Of a stretch of 13,230 nucleotides of DNA, positions 6,993 through 13,230 are shown piece after piece. The notes below the pieces were generated by a model. It was not told where the DNA came from and made no database searches. It worked only from the letters and a program-made list of their open reading frames with translations. Position 1 is the first letter of the stretch. Each line of letters opens with the position of its first letter. Position numbers and translations under genes: made by a program. Origin of the DNA: an uncultured Nitrospiraceae bacterium (lineage in GTDB: Bacteria; Nitrospirota; Thermodesulfovibrionia; Thermodesulfovibrionales; Dissulfurispiraceae); assembly GCA_947085205.1 (NCBI GenBank), contig CAMTVO010000012.1, positions 1 through 13,230 of the forward strand, read 5' to 3'.

Positions 6993-7214
6993 TTATTTCT
7001 CCTGTTTCTTCGCAACCCTTATCAATTCCCTGAATCCGGCAATTATACCGATAATCAGAAATATAACAGTTAAATACGGCGATGTGCCGAAGAGCTTGTC
7101 CAGCCAGTATCCTATTGCAAGTCCTATAAAGGTGGATACGACAAGGTGGATGCCTACGCTGCTCGCCTCGATGAGCTGCTTATATATGGGTTTTTCAGGC
7201 GGTTTTTCTGTCAA
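6993..7214 (-). CDS. atpZ: AtpZ/AtpI family protein (F0F1-ATPase gene 1)
   Basis: Signature VGIHLVVSTFIGLAIGYWLDKLFGTSPYLTVIFLIIGIIAGFRE. TTG start with AAGGA SD. Confidence 0.9.
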   Translation of the reverse strand: MTEKPPEKPIYKQLIEASSVGIHLVVSTFIGLAIGYWLDKLFGTSPYLTVIFLIIGIIAGFRELIRVAKKQEK

Positions 7215-7231
7215 CGATTATTCCTTTATAC

Positions 7232-7768
7232 TCATTTACTCATCAACTCATAATCTGATAATATAAATTCCCGCAGTATATTTGCAATCTCTTTATAAAA
7301 AATAGTGCCTGCATGTTTGTTGACCTCATCGCAGTATTCCGGTGTCCATTTGGCGAGATGCTGATCTAAAAACCTGCCCTGAAACTCGGAGAAGCCGTTT
7401 TCTATTAGGTAAGTCATAAACATGAGTTCTGCTGATATGTGATCAGGAATAAGATTTATTTCTTCATCGACTATAAGCCCTGCCGAGTTATAAAATGTCT
7501 GGACTTCCTCTGTGGTCTTTCCCCAGAGCCTTGGCCTGTCGCCCAGCGGATAATTATAAAGAGACTCATACGGCGCCATGTGTAAACCAGGCCCTAGAAA
7601 GGTATTAACAAAATCCATTCTTATCTGCTGGGGTGATTCAGCGGATTTCATCTGGAACATCTCTTTTGCCTGCATTATGATCTCGTCAGACGGCTCGTGT
7701 ATAAAGAGAGTTGCGAAAAGCCTGTAGAGTTCTGCACGTTCAATGTCGTCATTGTTGTTAAAAACCAT
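7232..7768 (-). CDS. TorD/DmsD-family redox-enzyme maturation chaperone (178 aa)
   Basis: Motifs RAELYRLFA, PYESLY, PDHISAELMFM and FLDQHLAKW. ATG 7768 chosen because the longer N-terminus is translated repeat DNA. Confidence 0.88.
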   Translation of the reverse strand: MVFNNNDDIERAELYRLFATLFIHEPSDEIIMQAKEMFQMKSAESPQQIRMDFVNTFLGPGLHMAPYESLYNYPLGDRPRLWGKTTEEVQTFYNSAGLIVDEEINLIPDHISAELMFMTYLIENGFSEFQGRFLDQHLAKWTPEYCDEVNKHAGTIFYKEIANILREFILSDYELMSK

Positions 7769-7789
7769 AAAATATTTTACCAAAAAAGG

Positions 7790-7923
7790 TAAAGAATAAA
7801 GTAAAGAGGAATAAAGAATAAAGGGGACGGTTCTATTTAATTGACAAATCAAGCAGTGAAATTAATTAAATTAAATAGAACCGTCCCCTTTATTCTTTAC
7901 TTTATTCTTTATTATTCTTTATT
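7790..7923. repeat. Inverted-repeat element copy B (core 7816..7895) with flanking GAATAAA/TTTATTC heptamer expansions
   Basis: Same arms as copy A. Internal ttgacaaatca(a/g)gcagtgaaatta is shared with copy A in the opposite orientation. The flanks repeat the terminal heptamer. Confidence 0.92.
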
Positions 7924-7931
7924 AAGCAAAA

Positions 7932-9116
7932 TTAGTGAGACGCCTTGTTATTGAAAACAGGCAGAATCTTATTGAATATCCAGAGAAGCACAAATGGCAT
8001 GACCAGCAGGAAGATAACCGCTACAAGCCCTTCCCTGAAGGTCTCAAGGTTATATGGGATTATCGGCATTTTATAGTCCATGTAACCTTCAAGGCTCTTA
8101 GACATGGACTGTCCGCCGATGACCACATTCCACCTCATCATAAATACACCCATCAACACAAGGGCAGAGGAAATAAAAGCCCTTCCAACAGTCAACGTTG
8201 GTAGAAAGAGCAGTATCAATGGGACTACAAAGCCGAGACCCCACTGAAGAACGAATATATTAAAGCCGAACCTGTCAAAGATAATGGTGCTTAGTATCTC
8301 CCAATCCTTTTTTGCCGCATAGCCATGGGCGACAACATCAAGGAGTTCAAGTACGAATGCTACGACAATAAACCATGCCAGCACCTGTCCCATGCTCTTT
8401 GTGGCAGCGATATCGACCTCTCTTTTCATGAGTTTCATTGCTATGATATAAGTGAAAATACATAGGGCAATACCCGATACTATGGCAGACATGAGGAATA
8501 TAAGGGGCATAAGAGGCGTAAACCAGAATGCCACAGACTTTACAGAGCCGAATATGAATCCCACATAACCATGCAGGAAGCAGGCGGCAGGAATACCTAT
8601 GGCAGCGAGGAATTTTATTGCCTTCTGGTCTATGTGAAGCGCCTTCTTGCTCATGTCATAGCTTCCGAGGGTCATTAATTTATAAAGGGTTCCCATCAAT
8701 CCCTTCCTCGTCTGTGCCTGCTCAATTATGTGAGGCCTGTATGCAAACCATATCTCTGCTGCAACTATTGCCATATATGTTGAAAACACAACACCGAAGG
8801 CTGCTATGGCTGAATAAAAGTGAGGGGTGAACATGACATTCAATGCCCTCTGAGGCTGAGTTAAATGGAATAGCAAAAGCGGCTGCGGCGCCATGATGAG
8901 GAGGGCAAAAGAGAATATCAATGAGAATTTCGCAACAGGTTTTAACTCGTTCTTCCCAAAGACATGATAAAGGGAGCTTAACACGAATGCGCCTGCCACG
9001 AGACCTGTCAGGTAGGGGTATATCGCTATATGCACTGTCCAGTAAATAAACTCATTGGGATAAGTAAACAACTCCTTTAAAGTCCATAATTCTCCATGTA
9101 CATGTCCTGCTGCCAT
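7932..9116 (-). CDS. NrfD/PsrC-family polytopic quinol oxidoreductase membrane subunit (CbcU-like)
   Basis: About 10 hydrophobic segments. Motifs W...IAIYPYLTGLVAGAF, HLTQPQR, HGYVGFIF, FLMSAIVSG and MRWNVVIGGQ. Adjacent to an NrfC-like gene. Confidence 0.9.
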   Translation of the reverse strand: MAAGHVHGELWTLKELFTYPNEFIYWTVHIAIYPYLTGLVAGAFVLSSLYHVFGKNELKPVAKFSLIFSFALLIMAPQPLLLFHLTQPQRALNVMFTPHFYSAIAAFGVVFSTYMAIVAAEIWFAYRPHIIEQAQTRKGLMGTLYKLMTLGSYDMSKKALHIDQKAIKFLAAIGIPAACFLHGYVGFIFGSVKSVAFWFTPLMPLIFLMSAIVSGIALCIFTYIIAMKLMKREVDIAATKSMGQVLAWFIVVAFVLELLDVVAHGYAAKKDWEILSTIIFDRFGFNIFVLQWGLGFVVPLILLFLPTLTVGRAFISSALVLMGVFMMRWNVVIGGQSMSKSLEGYMDYKMPIIPYNLETFREGLVAVIFLLVMPFVLLWIFNKILPVFNNKASH

Positions 9117-9120
9117 ATCA

Positions 9121-9885
9121 TCACCTCACTATGTGGTCATGGCCTATGTAAAAGACCATGGGTTTATTTCCATATTCGGGTTTAAGGACAAATGTCCTTC
9201 CGTACTTTATCAACTTGTGAACTTCGCTCTGCGGGTCATTTATATCGCCTATCTTCCTTGCTCCGAAGGCACAGGCATCCATACAGACTGAATTCATTCC
9301 CTTAGTTATCCTGTGGTAGCAGAAGGTGCATTTCTCTGCCACATTGTGCACAGGATGGAAAAACCTGGCGCCATATGGGCAATTCATCACACAATAGCCA
9401 CATCCGATACACCACTTCCTGTCAACGAGGGTAACACCGTCATGGGTCTTGTATGTGGCGCCCACAGGACACACCTGGACGCAGGAGGGCTTTTCGCACT
9501 GGTTGCATAGTTTGCATACAAAAAAGCCCTTTGTTATGTCTTCCTCTTTAATATTTTTGCCCTGTGGGTCATTCTTTAAATACCCGTGTCTGCCCTCTTT
9601 TGGAGAATCTATGAGCACGGTGCCGTCTTTAAGCTCCACTTATCTCTCTATCCATGTCCTTGACACATTTGCCTCAAAGGGAATCTCATTTTCCAGCTTG
9701 CATGCCTTTACGCACATGCCGCAGCCACGGCACTTTGTGGTATCAAAGAAAAACACCCACCTCCTTCCGTTTTTCTTCATGGCAGCCAATGCTTCTGGGG
9801 TAAAGAGTTCAAGGGTGCTGATTGGAATAGTCATACCTGCTACTGCTACAAGACCGAGTTTAAGAAAATCTCTCCTGTCCATCAC
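9121..9885 (-). pseudogene. Tat-exported 4x[4Fe-4S] NrfC/PsrB-like protein (CbcT-like) interrupted by one in-frame TAA at 9642..9640
   Basis: ORFs 9640..9885 and 9121..9639 abut in the same frame (...SRTWIER*VELKDG...). Tat motif DRRDFLK. Four Cys groups: CRGCGMCVKAC, CNQCEKPSCVQVC, CIGCGYCVMNC and CTFC...CMDAC. Confidence 0.85.
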
Positions 9886-10373
9886 TTCCCTCCCTTAAAG
9901 CCTGCCTTATGGGCATCATGGCAGGTCACACATTCAATTCCAGGATTATGTTCATCAGGATTTACCATCTTCAGTTGGGTCGCACCAGATGGAAGCTCTG
10001 CATAAGCAACCGGTCTGTACGGCAACTTCGCATGACATCTCAGGCAGAGTTCCCTGCTTCTATCTATGGCAAGCTTTGGCGGGTTTGCAGGATGTTCAAT
10101 CACAGGGCCATGACAGTTTTCGCACTGCACCTTTGCATGTGTTGACTTTGTTATATCCCCGTAAGGCACGGAATGACAGTCCTTACAGTAATCCCTCCCC
10201 TGATATTTAACCTTAAAGTTCTTCCACTCCTCCTCGTTACCGACCCTGTGCCACTGGTATTTGTAGTCGCCGCCCACAGATTTAAAATCAGAAGGAACAA
10301 TAAAAAAACGAACAGTAAAAAGCAGTATTACCACGCCGATTAAAACAAATACAGGTCTCCAGATATGACTCAT
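9882..10373 (-). CDS. Membrane-anchored tetraheme c-type cytochrome (CbcS-like), 163 aa
   Basis: Four CxxCH motifs (CKDCH, CENCH, CLRCH, CVTCH). N-terminal hydrophobic helix. Strong SD AGGAGGAGG before ATG 10373. Stop overlaps the start of the FeS gene. Confidence 0.92.
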   Translation of the reverse strand: MSHIWRPVFVLIGVVILLFTVRFFIVPSDFKSVGGDYKYQWHRVGNEEEWKNFKVKYQGRDYCKDCHSVPYGDITKSTHAKVQCENCHGPVIEHPANPPKLAIDRSRELCLRCHAKLPYRPVAYAELPSGATQLKMVNPDEHNPGIECVTCHDAHKAGFKGGK

Positions 10374-10479
10374 TTTCCTCCTCCTCTCTTGAGTTATAAC
10401 AAGTGACAGATGCAAATAATTACCGGAATTCTAAATTAAGATTATCCAAAAATGCACCATAAATTTATCTTAAAAAATT

Positions 10480-11763
10480 CTATAAACCTCTAAACGATTC
10501 AAATGCTGCTTTTACGGTATGATCAATATCCTTTGCTGAATGTGCAAGAGATATAAAGCCTGCCTCAAACTGCGAAGGTGCAAGGTTTATTCCGCGATCA
10601 AGCATTCCCCTGAAAAATTCTGAAAACTTCTCTGTGTCGGATGTCTTTGCAGTCTTGTAGTCAAACACGTCTTTACCTGTAAAGTATGTACAGAACATTG
10701 TCCCAGCCCTGTAGAATCTTGTCGTGATACCGGCCTTTCTTGCTGCATCCTTAAGTCCCTCTTCGAGATACTGCATGGTCTTTTCGAGATTTCCATATGT
10801 ATCTTTCTTTGAGAGTATCTTTAATGTCTCTATGCCGGCTGTCATAGCAAGCGGGTTGCCGGACAATGTCCCCGCCTGATAAACAGGTCCCTCAGGAGCA
10901 ACCATTGACATAATCTCCCTCTTTCCTCCGTATGCACCAACAGGCAATCCTCCACCAATGACCTTACCAAGACAGGTCATATCGGGTTTGACTCCATAGT
11001 ACGCCTGCGCACCACCATAAGAAACCCTGAAGCCTGTCATAACCTCATCAAATATCAGCACAATGCCGTATCTTGCTGTCTCTTTTCTAAGCGCTTCAAG
11101 AAAGCCGTCTCTTGGCAAGACGCATCCGATATTGCCGACAACCGGCTCAACAATTACACAGGCTATGGATTTCCACTCTTTTTGGACAAGGGACTTGAAT
11201 GCCTTTGCATCATTTAAGGGAAGGGTTAAGGTATTCTTTGCGTATGACTTCGGCACGCCGGGGCTGTCAGGAATGCCAAATGTTGTGGCGCCTGAACCAG
11301 CCTTTACTAAAAGACCGTCAGCATGTCCGTGATAGCAGCCTTCGAATTTTATTATCTTATCCCTTTTTGTAAAACCCCTCGCTGCCCTTATGGCGCTCAT
11401 TGTCGCCTCTGTGCCGGAGTTCACCATCCTTATCTTCTCAATGGAGGGATAGGCCTTGATAATTATCTCTGCAAGCTCTATCTCAAGCGGAGTAGGAGCG
11501 CCGTAGCTCGTGCCGTTTTCTATTGCAGATTTTAATGCCTTAACAACAGAAGGATGCGAATGGCCCAGTATCATCGGCCCCCAGGAAAGGACATAGTCTA
11601 TATATTCATTGCCGTCCACATCATAGATTTTAGAGCCTTTTGCTTTTTTGATAAACAAAGGAGAACCGCCGACTGCCTTGAATGCACGGACAGGACTGTT
11701 CACGCCGCCGGGCATCAACTCAATGGCCTTTTTATAAAGCATCTTTGATTTCCTCGTTTCCAT
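10480..11763 (-). CDS. hemL: Glutamate-1-semialdehyde 2,1-aminomutase
   Basis: Motifs [52 protein letters not shown] (PLP lysine), [10 protein letters not shown] and PSQFE. Confidence 0.98.
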   Translation of the reverse strand: METRKSKMLYKKAIELMPGGVNSPVRAFKAVGGSPLFIKKAKGSKIYDVDGNEYIDYVLSWGPMILGHSHPSVVKALKSAIENGTSYGAPTPLEIELAEIIIKAYPSIEKIRMVNSGTEATMSAIRAARGFTKRDKIIKFEGCYHGHADGLLVKAGSGATTFGIPDSPGVPKSYAKNTLTLPLNDAKAFKSLVQKEWKSIACVIVEPVVGNIGCVLPRDGFLEALRKETARYGIVLIFDEVMTGFRVSYGGAQAYYGVKPDMTCLGKVIGGGLPVGAYGGKREIMSMVAPEGPVYQAGTLSGNPLAMTAGIETLKILSKKDTYGNLEKTMQYLEEGLKDAARKAGITTRFYRAGTMFCTYFTGKDVFDYKTAKTSDTEKFSEFFRGMLDRGINLAPSQFEAGFISLAHSAKDIDHTVKAAFESFRGL

Positions 11764-11789
11764 CCCTGATAAACCTTAAAAAGCATGAA

Positions 11790-11819
11790 AATTTAGCACA
11801 AAAGCTCAGGATTTGTCAA
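11790..11819 (-). promoter_or_regulatory. Putative sigma70 promoter of hemL
   Basis: Minus strand TTGACA(11819-14)-N18-TAAATT(11795-90) with extended TG. Confidence 0.55.
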
Positions 11820-11821
11820 AA

Positions 11822-11930
11822 AGTGATCAGTGTCAGTGTTTAGTGTCAGTGATAAAGACAAAGACAGTTTTTTAGTCTTTTAGTTTTTAGTTTCTTTTTT
11901 CTGACACTGATCACTGACACTGATCACTGA
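11822..11930. repeat. Second CAGTGT/ACACTG inverted short-unit array
   Basis: Perfect 17-bp IR 11822-38 vs 11912-28. 13-nt tandem ctgacactgatca x2. Central TTTTTAG-like heptamers. Confidence 0.88.
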
Positions 11931-11962
11931 TCTTAACGTTCAATTGCATTTTTCTGGTTAAC

Positions 11963-12130
11963 AACCGAAAAATAGAGATAGAACTTTTCAAAAGTTTCCC
12001 CTCCCTTGATGGGAGGGGATTAAGGGGAGGGTGATACTATATCCCTGAAGGTTACCCCTCCCCCTCGCCCCCTCCCGCAAGGGGAGGGGGTTTGAGAGGA
12101 TTAACAATTTTCTATCTCTATTTTAGGGTT
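11963..12130. mobile_element. Putative MITE-like element enclosing an inverted pair of CCCCTCCC...GGGAGGGG palindromes
   Basis: Terminal IRs aaccgaaaaatagagatagaa (11963-83) and ttctatctctattttagggtt (12110-30) match at 19/21. AAC flanks both ends. Internal hairpins at 11997-12019 and 12068-12090. Confidence 0.6.
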
Positions 12131-12143
12131 AACAAAAAAATTC

Positions 12144-12189
12144 TTGACAAAAAAATTCGTTTTCTTTATTATTGAGATAAGTTCTCAAT
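12144..12189 (+). promoter_or_regulatory. sigma70 promoter overlapped by a Fur-like box
   Basis: TTGACA(12144-49)-N17-TATTAT(12167-72). Palindrome ATTGAGA-taagt-TCTCAAT (12171-89) lies over the -10/+1 region, upstream of an iron-uptake gene. Confidence 0.75.
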
Positions 12190-12332
12190 TTTAGGTGATG
12201 CTGAGCAAAGACGCTAATCATTCACCCCAAATTAACAATGTGGTAAAAGAGGCGCTGGACAGACATATTCCGCTGGTTACAGAGGATTGTCTTGATGAAA
12301 TGGCAGGGCTTGTTTGATTTTTTGAAAGATTA

Positions 12333-12351
12333 ATTGAGAAAGAAACTCATT
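12333..12351. promoter_or_regulatory. Second Fur-like box
   Basis: ATTGAGAAA-G-AAACTCATT, similar to the first box and about 50 nt before the start codon. Confidence 0.55.
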
Positions 12352-12400
12352 ATTAACCGTCTTTGACGGTAAATCTACACAATTATTTAAGGGGGTTTAG

Positions 12401-13230
12401 ATGAAAAAAGATTTTTGGAAGATGGCTGCTTTTGTATTAACCATTTGTGTGCTTTTTGCGGGGTTTATGAGCGAGGCTTTTGCACAGGAATTAATCGTAT
12501 ATTCCGGCAGGGGAGAGAGGCTCATCAAGCCGGTGCTCGATGAATTCACAAAGAAGACAGGCATTAAGATTACGCTTCATTCTGCCGGGACGGTTGAGCT
12601 TCTGAATAAGCTTCTGGCTGAAGGCGAAAGAACGTCTGCCGATGTTTATTTAACGGTTGACGCAGGCACGCTTGAGAGGGCAAGGATAGCCGGCATCCTT
12701 CAACCTCTAAAGTCAGAGATAATTGAAAAAAATATCCCCCGCGAGATGAGAGCACCAGACAACTCATGGATTGGGCTCTCTCTGAGGGTAAGGGTGATAG
12801 CATACAATCCACAGAAAGTTAAGCCTGATGAGATTAAGACCTTTGAGAGCCTTATGGACCCAAAGTGGAAGGGAAGGCTCGGAATAAGGACAGGCTCTAA
12901 TGTTTATCCACAGTCACATACTGCAATGATGATTGCTGAAAAGGGCGAGGCATGGACAGAGAAGTTTTTAAAGGCAATAGTGGCAAATGCCGGGGATAAG
13001 ATTTATCCGTCTGATTCAAGGGCTGTTGAGGCTGTTGCAAAAGGCGAGGCAGATGTGGCAATCGTAAATCACTACTATGTCTATGGTCATTTGAGGAAGA
13101 ATCCACACGACAGTAAGACCCTTGCCTTTGTTGTCCCTCCGAAGAGCGCCTACAATGTCTCAGGTGGAGGGATTTTAAAGACGAGCAAAAACAAAGAGGC
13201 TGCACAGAGGCTGATTGAATTTATGGCTTC
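12401..13230 (+). CDS. Fe(III) ABC transporter periplasmic binding protein (FbpA/FutA family), 3'-truncated by the window edge
   Basis: Manual translation: MKKDFWKMAAFVLTICVLFAGFMSEAFA|QELIVYSGRGERLIKPVLDEF...ADVYLTVDAG...GLSLRVRVIAYNP...DPKWKGR...IVNHYYV...NVSGGGILKTSKN. Tandem-Tyr iron ligands, GGGGG SD. Absent from the ORF track because no stop lies in the window. Confidence 0.92.
   Translation, partial: MKKDFWKMAAFVLTICVLFAGFMSEAFAQELIVYSGRGERLIKPVLDEFTKKTGIKITLHSAGTVELLNKLLAEGERTSADVYLTVDAGTLERARIAGILQPLKSEIIEKNIPREMRAPDNSWIGLSLRVRVIAYNPQKVKPDEIKTFESLMDPKWKGRLGIRTGSNVYPQSHTAMMIAEKGEAWTEKFLKAIVANAGDKIYPSDSRAVEAVAKGEADVAIVNHYYVYGHLRKNPHDSKTLAFVVPPKSAYNVSGGGILKTSKNKEAAQRLIEFMA

Noticed and set aside
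7769..7852. Extended N-termini in the ORF track for the torD-like gene, transposase (3149), cytochrome (10415) and atpI (6944)
   Set aside because: The extensions run through repeat or UTR DNA. Internal ATGs have better SD or promoter context.
9640..9642. Selenocysteine/pyrrolysine recoding or an alternative genetic code
   Set aside because: The codon is TAA, not TGA or TAG, it is not at a Cys position, and TAA ends several other genes here.
1159..10373. Porin-cytochrome extracellular electron conduit
   Set aside because: The porin is about 7 kb from the cytochrome, on the opposite strand, with its own terminator and no adjacent multiheme partner.
10430..10462. sigma54 promoter for the cytochrome module (TGGTGCATTTTTGGAT, minus strand)
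   Set aside because: The spacing fits, but the invariant -12 GC is GA. Insufficient support.
221..13205. Other short antisense or off-frame ORFs in the track (e.g. 221..460, 650..874, 1405..1719, 4234..4620, 6553..6912, 9449..9898, 12570..12812, 12897..13205)
   Set aside because: Each overlaps a well-supported gene and shows no recognisable motif of its own.

Overview
Bacterial chromosomal window. Gene content and repeat style suggest an anaerobe of the Nitrospirota (Thermodesulfovibrionia) or Desulfobacterota type; this is inference. Left to right: (i) a tandem cluster of tiny coiled-coil and membrane proteins, two sharing an identical 66-nt block; (ii) an outer-membrane beta-barrel porin with a strong terminator; (iii) two small membrane ORFs; (iv) a complete IS1182-family element (17-bp IRs, 4-bp TSD) inserted into one copy of a local repeat family; (v) tRNA-Gly(GCC) and tRNA-Cys(GCA); (vi) a minus-strand run of hemL, tetraheme cytochrome c, Tat-exported 4Fe-4S protein (broken by one in-frame TAA), NrfD-like membrane subunit, TorD/DmsD-like chaperone, atpZ, atpI and pgi; (vii) a divergent Fe(III) ABC substrate-binding gene with Fur-like boxes that runs off the window. 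The intergenic DNA holds at least four families of small hairpin elements. The best lead is the GAATAAAGGGGACGGTTCTATTTA inverted-repeat element: it occurs three times, one copy encloses a consensus TTGACA-N16-TATAAT promoter aimed at pgi and supplies the atpI stop codon, and another copy is the IS target. No CRISPR array or rRNA was seen.
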